Assembly (NCBI GenBank): GCA_023898465.1
Contig: CP060223.1
Span: 1-64,000, forward strand
Direction: 5' to 3'
Origin: Candidatus Nomurabacteria bacterium
Lineage (GTDB): Bacteria; Patescibacteriota; Patescibacteriia; HK-STAS-PATE-3
Length of the DNA: 64,000 nt
The position numbers and the translations under genes were made by a program. Under the pieces are notes generated by a model. It saw only the letters and a list, made by a program, of their open reading frames with translations. It made no database searches and was not told the DNA's origin. This document shows positions 9,152 through 18,768 of this stretch, piece after piece (within the stretch, counting starts at the first letter, position 1; each line of letters opens with the position of its first letter).

Positions 9152-10159
9152 ATGACGATTCAAGAAATATATGATTTGGCTATTCGTTTAGCCATTAAGA
9201 ATGACCTCAGGGGTGAAAAACATGTCCGTCATAAGTTAAAGCGGGCAAAAGAGCGTTATGAAAAAATGTCAGGCGATGCAAAAAAGTTTTATGATAAGGA
9301 GCAGCTAGAAAATCCCTATAGCGATACCCGATCCTATGCACTTGAGCCAAATCGACAGGTGAAGCGGATTTTGGCAGGCATTGATGTCGAGGAAGGTGAA
9401 ATCCTGGCAGCGAACGAGCTCTCAAAGGAAAAGCCAATCGATTTAGTTATTTCTCATCACCCAATTGGACATGCCCTGGCCGGTTTGCACGAAGTCATGC
9501 ATATGCAGGCGGAGATCCTGGCCCTTTATGGTATTCCTATCAACGTCGCCGAGAGCGTGCTCTCAGTGCGGGTAAATGAAGTTTCTCGTAAATTAAATCC
9601 AGTTAATCATAGCCAGGTCGTTGACATTGCGCGCTTACTAAAAGTGAACGTCATGTGTTTGCATACGGCAACTGATAATTTGGTAGCAAACCACATGTTT
9701 AGTTTAGTGAAACGTAATGAGAAGAAACTGGAAACCGTGGGTGATGTGATGGACATGTTGTTTGAAGAGTATCCTGAATACGCTGAGGCAAAAAAGATAA
9801 AAGCTGGTCCGATGCTTTTCGCCGGGTCTCGTGATCGCTTAGCTGGTAAAATTGCCGTTACCGAAGTGACTGGTGGAACCGAGGGCAATCCAAAGATATA
9901 CGAAAAAGCTGCTCAAGCTGGAATCGGCACTATCATCGGTATGCACATGAGCGAAGAGCATAAGAAAGAAGCGGAGAAGAATCACATTAATGCAATTATT
10001 GCCGGCCACATGTCCTCTGACTCAATTGGTTTGAATCTTTTCCTAGACGAGTTAGAAAAGCGAGGAGTTGAAGTCATTCCTTTCGGTGGCCTCATCCGGG
10101 TTCGTCACTACACGCCTCGCAAGAAGCGCGTCGCAACTACTCGCCGACGTAAGAAATAA
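9152..10159 (+). CDS. Nif3 family dinuclear-metal protein (GTP cyclohydrolase 1 type 2 homolog)
   Basis: Motifs [19 protein letters not shown] and AGHMSSD match the Nif3 metal-binding pattern. A TTGACG-17-TACAGT promoter lies upstream. Confidence 0.8.
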   Translation: MTIQEIYDLAIRLAIKNDLRGEKHVRHKLKRAKERYEKMSGDAKKFYDKEQLENPYSDTRSYALEPNRQVKRILAGIDVEEGEILAANELSKEKPIDLVISHHPIGHALAGLHEVMHMQAEILALYGIPINVAESVLSVRVNEVSRKLNPVNHSQVVDIARLLKVNVMCLHTATDNLVANHMFSLVKRNEKKLETVGDVMDMLFEEYPEYAEAKKIKAGPMLFAGSRDRLAGKIAVTEVTGGTEGNPKIYEKAAQAGIGTIIGMHMSEEHKKEAEKNHINAIIAGHMSSDSIGLNLFLDELEKRGVEVIPFGGLIRVRHYTPRKKRVATTRRRKK

Positions 10160-10161
10160 TA

Positions 10162-11196
10162 GTGTCATCGCCCATGCCCGCAGAACGATTAGTGGGAGCG
10201 CAGGATAAACCCGAGGACGTCAGTCTCGATCTTACTCTCCGCCCAAAAAACCTCACCGAGTACATTGGTCAGGACAAGGTGAAGAAGAACCTCGGCATTG
10301 CCTTGCATGCTGCGAAAAAACGCGAGCAAGTTTTAGAGCACGTGCTGCTGCACGGCGCGCCCGGACTTGGGAAAACAACCTTGGCACATATCATTGGCCA
10401 TGAGTTAGGTGTGAATGTTCGCATTACTTCAGGTCCGGCTCTGGAGCGGGCTGGAGACCTGGCGGCAATTCTTACCAATCTCCATGACGGTGATGTTCTT
10501 TTTATAGATGAGGTACATCGACTCCATCGTACCATCGAAGAGGTGCTTTATCCGGCCATGGAGGAGTATCGACTGGATATTGTCATTGGGAAAGGTCCGT
10601 CAGCTCGGACAGTGCGCCTGGACCTGCCAAAATTTACCTTAGTGGCTGCAACTACCCGAGTGAGTTTACTTTCCTCACCGCTTCGTGATCGTTTCGGCAT
10701 GGTCTATCGATTAGAGTATTATGGCCCTGAAGATATTGAACACATTATTCAGCGTTCAGCCGATTTACTTGGAGTCATACTTGAGCCCGCAGCCGCGAAA
10801 GCAATCTCGGCCCGGGCGCGCCGCACGCCACGTATTGCCAACCGGCTCCTGAAGCGAGTTCGCGACTATGCTGAGGTGCATGCTGATGGGAATATTAATG
10901 AAGCAACAGCGATTGAAGCAATGAAGCTGATGGATATTGATGAGTTGGGTTTGGATGATGTCGATCGACGCATTCTCGAAACCATTATCGAGAAGTTCAA
11001 CGGTGGTCCGGTGGGTTTAAGCTCGGTTGCTGCATCAATTGGCGAAGAAGTGGATTCACTTGAAGAAGTATATGAGCCATATTTACTCCAAGTTGGCTTC
11101 CTTGCCCGTACACCCAGAGGTCGATTGGTAACCAAAGCGGCTTATCTGCATCTTGGCTTACCAGTCCCCAACGAAGGTCAGGCAAGTCTGGTATAA
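10162..11196 (+). CDS. ruvB: Holliday junction branch migration ATPase RuvB
   Basis: Walker [10 protein letters not shown], sensor regions and a winged-helix C-terminus are present. The start is ambiguous between GTG at 10162 and ATG at 10174. Confidence 0.9.
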   Translation: MSSPMPAERLVGAQDKPEDVSLDLTLRPKNLTEYIGQDKVKKNLGIALHAAKKREQVLEHVLLHGAPGLGKTTLAHIIGHELGVNVRITSGPALERAGDLAAILTNLHDGDVLFIDEVHRLHRTIEEVLYPAMEEYRLDIVIGKGPSARTVRLDLPKFTLVAATTRVSLLSSPLRDRFGMVYRLEYYGPEDIEHIIQRSADLLGVILEPAAAKAISARARRTPRIANRLLKRVRDYAEVHADGNINEATAIEAMKLMDIDELGLDDVDRRILETIIEKFNGGPVGLSSVAASIGEEVDSLEEVYEPYLLQVGFLARTPRGRLVTKAAYLHLGLPVPNEGQASLV

Positions 11197-11203
11197 TAGT
11201 CTT

Positions 11204-11437
11204 ATGGAAATCTCCTACATTGTCCTCTTCTATATCTACGTCGGACTCGTAGGTCTCTACGTGTTGTTTGCCTTTTTTGATTTATTTCATGTGGTGCGTT
11301 TCGGTATGTGGAATTTCACCACTACGACGGTGACCTTTCTTTTTATTGCCGGTTCAGTGCTGATACTCTTTGTGAGTTTCCAATGGTTAAGTCAGGTTGA
11401 TTGGACTCAGGTTATTACTCTTCGTTTAAATAATTAG
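11204..11437 (+). CDS. small two-TM membrane protein (77 aa)
   Basis: ATG MEISYIVLF... with two hydrophobic helices. It sits immediately upstream of the bPH2 protein. Confidence 0.4.
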   Translation: MEISYIVLFYIYVGLVGLYVLFAFFDLFHVVRFGMWNFTTTTVTFLFIAGSVLILFVSFQWLSQVDWTQVITLRLNN

Positions 11438-11439
11438 CT

Positions 11440-12063
11440 ATGGAAGCAGAGCAACTACCAAATGCACAGCCAAACGAGGAAATCATTTTACTCTTGCGAC
11501 GACATCCTTGGATTATTATTCGTCATTTTCTCTACTTCCTCTTCTTAGCTGGGATTGGCGTAGCAGCTCATGCCTTATTACGTTATGTTGACCCGAGTTG
11601 GTTAAATGAGCAGGATGACATTCGTATGATCCTCGTGACTATTGGCACCAGCGTGTACGGTTTAGCTATTTGGCTTTTCCTTTTTACTGGTTGGCTGGAT
11701 TACTATCTCGACGTCTGGATTCTTACTAATCAGCGAGTTATTAGCATGGAGCTACGAGGACTTTTTGCGCGAGCGACTGCTGAGCAGCATATTGGACGAG
11801 TGCAAGATGTTTCCAGTATTCAGCAGGGGAAGTTAGCTACCTTCCTTAACTTCGGCCATGTGCAGATTCAGACCGCCGGAAGCGAAGTGGTCTTTGTGTT
11901 TGAGGAAGTGCCGAATCCTGAATACGTGGCGCGTCGCGTTTTGCAAGCGCATGATCAGTGGATGCAATCACATCCACACCGGGCAGAGCAAATGACTCAA
12001 GAGGCTCGGGCGGGTATGAGCATTCGAAACGAAGCCTCACCAAAGTCGGGAACCAAGAAGTAG
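11440..12063 (+). CDS. membrane protein with bacterial PH (bPH2/DUF304, YdbS/YdbT-like) domain
   Basis: Two N-terminal TM helices followed by a PH-like region (WILTNQRVI...GHVQIQTAG). Confidence 0.6.
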   Translation: MEAEQLPNAQPNEEIILLLRRHPWIIIRHFLYFLFLAGIGVAAHALLRYVDPSWLNEQDDIRMILVTIGTSVYGLAIWLFLFTGWLDYYLDVWILTNQRVISMELRGLFARATAEQHIGRVQDVSSIQQGKLATFLNFGHVQIQTAGSEVVFVFEEVPNPEYVARRVLQAHDQWMQSHPHRAEQMTQEARAGMSIRNEASPKSGTKK

Positions 12064-12104
12064 TCTTTCATAGACTGAGTATTTGACATACCCGCAGGTA
12101 TTTT

Positions 12105-12365
12105 TTAGTATATCGTCGCGATCACTACTGGTCGCATAAACCGAGGAGGTGCTTCATGCGCCGCTTCGCGCAGGTCGCCGTGATCTAACCTAGCGCCGAA
12201 CGGGGCGTCGCTGCCTTCGTGCAGTGGCGAGGTCTCGGGCCGAGCTTTGTCCCTCCGATATGCTCGCGCCAAATCACGTGTCCGTCGTGTATTAGGACAA
12301 CTCCGTCAGGAGTACGACCAAATAGGACAGCGTACACGACCGTTGTCCTTTTTCATTTTTTGTAA
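12105..12365 (+). ncRNA. orphan transcription unit: promoter, SD plus 10-codon mini-ORF, GC-rich RNA, terminator
   Basis: TTGACA-17-TAGTAT promoter at 12085-12113. GAGGAGG lies 6 nt before ATG (MRRFAQVAVI stop). A GC-rich segment follows, then the hairpin ggacagcgtacacgaccgttgtcc plus tttttcatttttt. Confidence 0.3.
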
Positions 12366-12371
12366 ATTGTA

Positions 12372-14252
12372 TTACCTTACGACCACGCCTGAATTAGTAA
12401 AGATACCCCAGTCTCTTTCAAATTGCGCGCGAGTCCAAGAGACGCGTCCAGCATAGGGATCGTTTAAAATAATCCGCTCTGGATTTTCCGCACTGCCCAC
12501 AAAGCCAATGACGGTACGTGCGTGCTCACCCTTCCAGGCGTAAATAGTTTTTCCTTCCGGCGTCACCCAATCATCGCGATACCCATTTCCGTACACACCC
12601 CAGACCACCACCGCGTTACCGTTTTGTACCTCCTGTGTAAGTTGCTGAATACTCCAGCCGGTGAAGGCTTCACTTGGTCGCCAAGCATTTGCCGCTGCCG
12701 CGATTGGATTCCAATACACACCATAGCCAGTTGTATTTTGCCGTCCATTTATATCACCGACAAAAGCGAGATAGGGATCACCCCAAACGTTACCAGTATG
12801 TGGAGTGCTATCATAGCCGACCCGGGACATAATATCACTTTCACTAACGCTCACCCCTTTATTTGCGAGCGCCATTTTTAATGCGGCAGCTTCACAGGAG
12901 AGCGGTTTATCCTGCAAGTCAGATGCAACGGCCAGTTGGACAGTTTGGGCGGCTGTGGTGAAACTGCTCACGTATGTATCCACAGAATCGGGTCCAAGTC
13001 CCTGGATGCCAGCACGCATGCTTACCGTATATCCCGTGCTGTAGGCGAGTCGTTCGCTGGGTTGATAGGTCATTGCATTTCCGTCCCAGGCAAAACTTCC
13101 ACTAATGTCTGGAGTAATTTGAAAAGCTTGTTCAGCCGAGGCATGCTCTACCTCCTGGTCAAACACTACTTTAATGCCAGCACTAGTACTTATTCCTTGC
13201 GCATTAGTGTCCGGGGTGAGGTAGCTCACTCTGACTGGTCCAATTGTGCCAAAGCTGAAGCTAGTATTTTCTGTTAGGAAACCTCCGTCAGCCGTAGCTG
13301 CGCCTTTGGTAATTTCGAAAGTGTAGGAAGTGTCGTAGGCAAATGCGGTTTCTGGCACAAAGGTAAAGGTGGCATTATCCTCGCTCTCGATGGTACCGTT
13401 AATTTCCGGCGTAATGGAAAAATGCGCACGCACACTTTCGCTATCCATTGCTTGGGTAAAGGTAAAGCTTGGCTTGGTATCGATAGCCACTTGTTCACCA
13501 GTCGGGGAGAGTGAGCTAATGCTAGGCGGCGGAGCGATAGCGAAGTTTCCAGAGTAGACCTCCGTTGCTTCACTTTGTTCCAATACGTGACCAGTAAGTA
13601 AATCCTGCGTCACAAAGACGCGTTCAACGGTGAGGTGATAGGTGCTGCCCTGAGCCCACGAGCTTTCAGGAATGAGTGCGTAGGTATTCAGCTCGGCATT
13701 TTGTTGAATATGGAATTCAGTTGCTGGAGTCAGTCGGAAATAGTATTGCGCATAGTCAGGTGCCGGGCGACTGAGCATGATTTGGACTGGTGCATTAGCT
13801 GAGAGAGCCTCACTCTCATCATTGGGTGATACTTGAGCTACGCCAGGTAAATCTCTTGTACGAAATCCTTGCTGCCAGCTTTGGGTTGATCCGAGAGCAA
13901 GGAGATCGGTAATCCCTTCCAAGGTTATTGTGTATGTCGTATCTGGCTGTAGTACGCGATGGGGAGTGAAGCGCAGTGTTCGGAAGAAGTGATTTCCGAG
14001 CAAGGGATTTTCATAGGTCCACACTCCGTCAATTTCCGGCTCGATAGCAATATGAAGATGTCGACGATCAACCGGTTTATCAAAGTGGATAAGCACTTCA
14101 CTGTCGAGTGCCATTGCCTGTTCATCCTCGTTTGGCTGTACCTCAGTAATCTGCGGATGCCAAAATACAAAATAACCCGTGATAGCTGTGCAGAGCACCA
14201 GACCGATGACCACAAGCACGATAATAAGACTGAAGTGATGAAATTTCCGCAT
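12372..14252 (-). CDS. membrane-anchored protein with Ig-like repeats and C-terminal peptidase C39-like (YvpB-type) domain
   Basis: N-terminal TM segment. The C-terminal region CEAAALKMALANKG...VVVWGVYGNGYRDDW...HARTVIGF resembles the C39-like cysteine peptidase fold. Confidence 0.6.
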   Translation of the reverse strand: MRKFHHFSLIIVLVVIGLVLCTAITGYFVFWHPQITEVQPNEDEQAMALDSEVLIHFDKPVDRRHLHIAIEPEIDGVWTYENPLLGNHFFRTLRFTPHRVLQPDTTYTITLEGITDLLALGSTQSWQQGFRTRDLPGVAQVSPNDESEALSANAPVQIMLSRPAPDYAQYYFRLTPATEFHIQQNAELNTYALIPESSWAQGSTYHLTVERVFVTQDLLTGHVLEQSEATEVYSGNFAIAPPPSISSLSPTGEQVAIDTKPSFTFTQAMDSESVRAHFSITPEINGTIESEDNATFTFVPETAFAYDTSYTFEITKGAATADGGFLTENTSFSFGTIGPVRVSYLTPDTNAQGISTSAGIKVVFDQEVEHASAEQAFQITPDISGSFAWDGNAMTYQPSERLAYSTGYTVSMRAGIQGLGPDSVDTYVSSFTTAAQTVQLAVASDLQDKPLSCEAAALKMALANKGVSVSESDIMSRVGYDSTPHTGNVWGDPYLAFVGDINGRQNTTGYGVYWNPIAAAANAWRPSEAFTGWSIQQLTQEVQNGNAVVVWGVYGNGYRDDWVTPEGKTIYAWKGEHARTVIGFVGSAENPERIILNDPYAGRVSWTRAQFERDWGIFTNSGVVVR

Positions 14253-14333
14253 GGTATTACTATTGTACTGATCCGAGGCGGTCCTTGTCCAACTTATTTG
14301 CCTAGTTCATATTTGTGAGTATACTTTGGCAGT

Positions 14334-15368
14334 ATGCAACTGAGCGATTTTTCCTATCATCTCCCTAAAGATCGCATTGCCCAAAAGCCAATGCGGCCGC
14401 GTGATCATTCGCGTTTATTAGTGCTCAACAGGCAGAAGACGCAGCTTGCGCACCGACATTTTTATAACATCGTCGACTATCTTCAAAAGGGTGATGTGTT
14501 GGTTTTCAATAACTCAAAAGTGTTTCCAGCCCGTCTGCCAGGGAAAAAGATAAGCGGGGGAAATATGGAGGTCTTTTTACTGCGATCCATTTCCCCAGAT
14601 ACTTGGGAATGTTTATTAAGAGGAAAGGGTGCGAAGCCAGGTTTAGAAATGAACATTGTCGGAGTGAAAGCAGCGCAAGATGGCCATCTTCCCTTTCGCG
14701 GTGTGGTAAAGAAAAGCTCTGGAAATGGCATTTGGTGGATACAATTTAATTTTAGGGGAAAGAAATTGCAAAACGCAATCGAGCAATATGGTGAAGCACC
14801 GACGCCGCCATATGTGAAGCGTCTTTCTAACCTCAAGGAGTATCAAACGGTATTTGCGCAAAAGACTGGCTCAGTAGCGGCGCCTACGGCCGGGTTTCAC
14901 TTCACCAAGTCAATCATGCAGAGCTTAGGTCGTAAAGGTGTACAGATTGAGTATGTGACTTTGCATGTTGGCTATGGCACCTTTGCTCCTATTAAAGTAA
15001 ATGATGTGCGTTGGCACCGTATACACGGAGAGTGGATTGAAGTTGATAAGGCAACACATTCCCGATTGGTGCAGGCAAAAAAACAGGGGAGGAGAATAAT
15101 CGCCGTTGGCACAACCAGCGTGCGCACTTTAGAGAGCTTGCCAAAGAAGCCGCAATATACCCACAAGGAAGTGTATACCTATATTTATCCTGGTTATCAC
15201 TTTAAAATGGTTGATGCGATGATCACCAACTTTCATGTGCCTGGCTCGTCGCTTCTCGTACTTGTTTCTGCTTTTGCAGGTCGAGAAAATATATTGAAGG
15301 CATATCAGATCGCTGTGAAGAAAAAATATCGTTTCTATTCGTTTGGGGATGCGATGTTGATTCTCTAG
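14334..15368 (+). CDS. queA: S-adenosylmethionine:tRNA ribosyltransferase-isomerase
   Basis: N-terminus MQLSDFSYHLPKDRIAQKP, full length and C-terminal motifs all match QueA. Confidence 0.9.
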   Translation: MQLSDFSYHLPKDRIAQKPMRPRDHSRLLVLNRQKTQLAHRHFYNIVDYLQKGDVLVFNNSKVFPARLPGKKISGGNMEVFLLRSISPDTWECLLRGKGAKPGLEMNIVGVKAAQDGHLPFRGVVKKSSGNGIWWIQFNFRGKKLQNAIEQYGEAPTPPYVKRLSNLKEYQTVFAQKTGSVAAPTAGFHFTKSIMQSLGRKGVQIEYVTLHVGYGTFAPIKVNDVRWHRIHGEWIEVDKATHSRLVQAKKQGRRIIAVGTTSVRTLESLPKKPQYTHKEVYTYIYPGYHFKMVDAMITNFHVPGSSLLVLVSAFAGRENILKAYQIAVKKKYRFYSFGDAMLIL

Positions 15369-15428
15369 GAAAATAAAAGACCCGCCTAAGGCGGACCTTT
15401 TATTTTTATACGCATGTGTGGAGAGCGT

Positions 15429-17501
15429 TTACTCGTATACGTTTTTTAGTGTAGTGTCTGTATAGAAGTAGCGAAGTATTTCCGCGGCAATTTTTCCATT
15501 CGCTGCCATGTCTAGGGCTCCTCGAGCACTCATACCAACTCCATGGCCATTCATTGTTAATCCTTCACTAGCAGGGTCGGGGACTGAGACGAGCCAGGCT
15601 TTTGGTCCGCCGCCCCATACCTCTTCCCAGCTGCGAGTACGTCCATCAGAGTGGGAGAAGTAGGGAGTAATAACAGCTTCATCCTGATAGGCGACTACTT
15701 GTCCGCGAGTCGCATCGACTGCTGCGCTGACATTCGGTGATCGTAGCTCAAAGCCATAGCCCCGATAGACTTGGTCATACGTCGCGTCAACAGTGAAATG
15801 CTCGTCAGCATGTTTTGTATTACGCTGCACGTGATACCAGGCATAGGAACGAGCAGCGATCATGAGTGTTTTTTGGAATTCAGCTTCGCTATCGTTAGAG
15901 GTTTCTGCAATACCGCGGAGATATTGTTCAAGAGCTAATTCATTGATAAGCCAAAGCGTATCGCTTTCCTCTGCGTAGCGCAGCTCGATATTTCCGCGGA
16001 AACGGTTGTCGTTGAGGTTAGGATTCCAACCCGGTCGATTTTCATAACTTGTCACTTCCAGAATTGTGTTTCCTACCGGAGCTATTTGAAAAGCCTCTGG
16101 TCGAGTAAAGGCGATACCGGCGTAACTCGCAGTGTAAACGCCATTCGCATAGCGTATTCGTATTTCCGTGCCTGAAACCTGGTCTAAGGCTTCACCTTGA
16201 TACATAAGTTGCATGGCTCCGTTTCCAGCCACGGTAATTTCATCCTGCACCGCGCTGATACCAACTCGGATACTTGGCTCATTATAACTTTGCTCAAGCA
16301 CATTAGGATTACCTACCCGCAATTGATAGGCGACTTTGCCGCCAGCTAGCCAGGTGAGATCCTCGGCCACTAGTCCAAAGTGTTCTGTGTACACCCCAAT
16401 TTCTTCAGGTGCTTGTAGGGCAAAAACGACTCGACCAGTTTCTCCAGGGCGAACGCTTGATTGGAGCAGACGAGCAGGACGATAGTCATATTTCCAGTAG
16501 CTATGAGTAAAAGGACTTGTCCGACCAGCCGGCTGATCTACATTAAGCGCAATAAAATGATCACCAGTGTTTGTCCAGGTTGTAGTTCCGACGTTTTTAA
16601 AATCCGCCCAAACGGTAATAGCGCGACCTGGATCCATGCCAATCACCTTCGCTGATTGGTTGGCGAGCTTTGCTTCATAAGGGCTAGCAACAATGATGGT
16701 GAGCGTTAATTCGCCTCCTTCAATCCAAGCTTTGTTCTCGGCTACCAGCTTGAAATGCTCCACATAAGTACCAGGCTCGTTCGGCGCATGGATAGCGAAA
16801 TTGAGGGTAGCGTTTTGCCCAGGAGCGATAGGTCCTTGTTTTAATCGAGCCGGACGATAATAGTGCTCATTCCAGAAACTATGTTGAAAAGCGCTGATAC
16901 GACCAGCCGGCTGGTCTACATTAAGGGCAATAAAATTGTTATCGGTCGCACTCCAGGTAGCTGTGCCGGTGTTTTTATATTCAGCTGAAACGGTAAAAGA
17001 TTTCCCAGGAGCAAGTCGGATATACTCATGAGATTGTGCTACTAACTCGGCTTGGTACTCCTGCACTTCGGCTGCTTGAGCAGTGTGAATGCCAAAAAGC
17101 GTATGCCAGAATGATCGAGAAATTGGTTGAACTTCTTGTTCTGAGACGGTAATAAAGTCGGGGGACGTTGGGACTACCTGCATTAACAAATGCGCAGGAG
17201 CAATATATCCTTCATAAAAACTTTCATGAATACTAGTCGGTTGTACCTGAGTTGTTTTTACCTGCTCAGTTGTCTGGGCGTGGGCGGTGGAAAATTCTAG
17301 CTCAAACCAACGTAGAGCAATTGCGCCTACAATGAGCAGCATAATAGAAACCGCTACTGCTGCGATGGTATCAAACCATTTTGTTTTTTCGAGGATAAGG
17401 TCCTCTTGGTACATGTTTTTGATGTTTGTTTGTATATGCGAACAAGCGTTCCGATCAATGCGGAACACTTGAGTCTTCCCGTACGCGTTTTTCACGTACA
17501 T
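15429..17501 (-). CDS. SpoIID/LytB domain protein with N-terminal TM and repeated beta-sandwich domains
   Basis: The C-terminal region (HFTVDATYDQVYRGYGF...MNGHGVGMSARGA) is SpoIID-like. Start ambiguity: ATG 17501 lies 4 nt after a TTGACC-17-TATACT promoter, with further in-frame ATGs at 17549 and 17414. Confidence 0.7.
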   Translation of the reverse strand: MYVKNAYGKTQVFRIDRNACSHIQTNIKNMYQEDLILEKTKWFDTIAAVAVSIMLLIVGAIALRWFELEFSTAHAQTTEQVKTTQVQPTSIHESFYEGYIAPAHLLMQVVPTSPDFITVSEQEVQPISRSFWHTLFGIHTAQAAEVQEYQAELVAQSHEYIRLAPGKSFTVSAEYKNTGTATWSATDNNFIALNVDQPAGRISAFQHSFWNEHYYRPARLKQGPIAPGQNATLNFAIHAPNEPGTYVEHFKLVAENKAWIEGGELTLTIIVASPYEAKLANQSAKVIGMDPGRAITVWADFKNVGTTTWTNTGDHFIALNVDQPAGRTSPFTHSYWKYDYRPARLLQSSVRPGETGRVVFALQAPEEIGVYTEHFGLVAEDLTWLAGGKVAYQLRVGNPNVLEQSYNEPSIRVGISAVQDEITVAGNGAMQLMYQGEALDQVSGTEIRIRYANGVYTASYAGIAFTRPEAFQIAPVGNTILEVTSYENRPGWNPNLNDNRFRGNIELRYAEESDTLWLINELALEQYLRGIAETSNDSEAEFQKTLMIAARSYAWYHVQRNTKHADEHFTVDATYDQVYRGYGFELRSPNVSAAVDATRGQVVAYQDEAVITPYFSHSDGRTRSWEEVWGGGPKAWLVSVPDPASEGLTMNGHGVGMSARGALDMAANGKIAAEILRYFYTDTTLKNVYE

Positions 17502-17664
17502 GAGTAGTATAGCAAAGAAATGCGTTTTGGTCAATAAAGACGGGCTCAATTTTCATTTCAGGGAACACAAAAAGTGTTCACCCTATTTTGGCACACCCTC
17601 TTGTCTTCTTCAAAACTATTTGCTATAGTCGTTTGCGTCCCACAACATTCTCTTCACATGTCTG

Positions 17665-17736
17665 GCCTGGATAGCTCAGTGGTAGAGCGCAGCCCTGAAG
17701 AGGCTGGCGTCGTCAGTTCAATTCTGACTCCAGGCA
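17665..17736 (+). tRNA. tRNA-Phe (anticodon GAA)
   Basis: GCCTGGA acceptor pairs TCCAGGC. D-arm GCTCAGTGGTAGAGC, anticodon loop CTGAAGA, T-loop TTCAATT. CCA is not encoded. Confidence 0.85.
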
Positions 17737-17737
17737 T

Positions 17738-18173
17738 GTGCAGAGAATTAGCGATAATCTTTCGCATTTTGCCAAAAGACCCAATCGAACCACAATTTAA
17801 ACAGATCGCACTCTGGCCAGAGTACGAGAGTTTTCGTGCAGCTGCACTCCTTTTCTTCTTAGGAGAGAATGTAGTGCTCGCAGTGGCTAATCTGGGATTG
17901 TATTGGAATTGGTTGCCGGCTCAGGTGATTGCGGTGCTTGGAATACTCTTAGCTATCGTTGCATCGTACCAGGCTGTGGTGTTTGTTGATAGGACAAAGT
18001 CTCATTTTGTTAGTCAGCCAAAAGTTATGGAGGCAATCGCGCACAGTGATACAAAGCTTACAAAGCCTAATCATTGGGCTAGGTTTTTTCGTACGCTCGA
18101 TGGGCAACTTTTTTTACTAACTCTTGCTCAACTTGTCCTGGTGATTGGGCAGCTGTGGTTTGCACTACATTGA
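17738..18173 (+). CDS. hypothetical polytopic membrane protein (about 145 aa)
   Basis: The track ORF 17574-18173 overlaps tRNA-Phe at its 5-prime end. The first ATG after the tRNA (17738) gives MCRELAIIF... with 3-4 hydrophobic segments. Confidence 0.35.
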
Positions 18174-18530
18174 TATGTCGTTCTTTCGAAGGATTCAAGA
18201 ATGGCAAATCCATCAAGATACACAGGATCCAGTTAAGCTGGTCTTACGAGCTTTTACAACTTATATAAGTGCTCTCAATAACTTGGCCGATAAAATATAT
18301 CGAGCAAGTGACCCCAGATCAGGCAAGAAGCGTAATACATCTTCCCACTAGGCAATTTTTTTAAGTATGCTATGCTAGGCCTGGTCGTCAAAGGCTCTGT
18401 TTTGCCGACCACTGAACCTTTCACGAATCCAAGGAAATGGTCCCCCCATGTACCGCGGGTACGTGAAAGACCGTTGCTGGACAACACGCCCATTCACTGG
18501 ATGGACGTGCTTACCTTAGGGGTTGGAATG

Positions 18531-18701
18531 AAGAAAGTCCTGTTGCTCTTTGGGGTACTCGCGCTGATGGCACTTCCGTCGGGTCCGGTTCGAGCCGGCG
18601 AGGACGAGGAGGAGGTGCTCATCAGAGCGAAGTTCCCCGTGGACTTCATGGTTCAGGTCGAGTTGGTACGAGGCCTCTCCTTCATTGGGCTGGTAGGCTA
18701 G
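18531..18701 (+). CDS. putative small secreted peptide (57 aa; GC-rich)
   Basis: Internal ATG MKKVLLLFGVLALMALPSGPVRAG is signal-peptide-like. AGGGG lies upstream. A bidirectional hairpin follows at 18730-18760. Confidence 0.3.
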   Translation, partial: KKVLLLFGVLALMALPSGPVRAGEDEEEVLIRAKFPVDFMVQVELVRGLSFIGLVG

Positions 18702-18768
18702 CCTGAGAAGGTCGTACCTCAAGTTCCCCCATGGGTCATCTGACTCATGGGGGCCTTTTACATCCGAA

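Noticed and set aside
17574-17737. N-terminal 55 codons of track ORF 17574-18173
   Set aside because: They overlap tRNA-Phe on the same strand. The CDS was trimmed to start after the tRNA.
18740-18760. tctgactc match to the tRNA-Phe 3-prime end as an att repeat
   Set aside because: Only 8 nt match, and it is embedded in the typA terminator hairpin. Too short to distinguish from chance.
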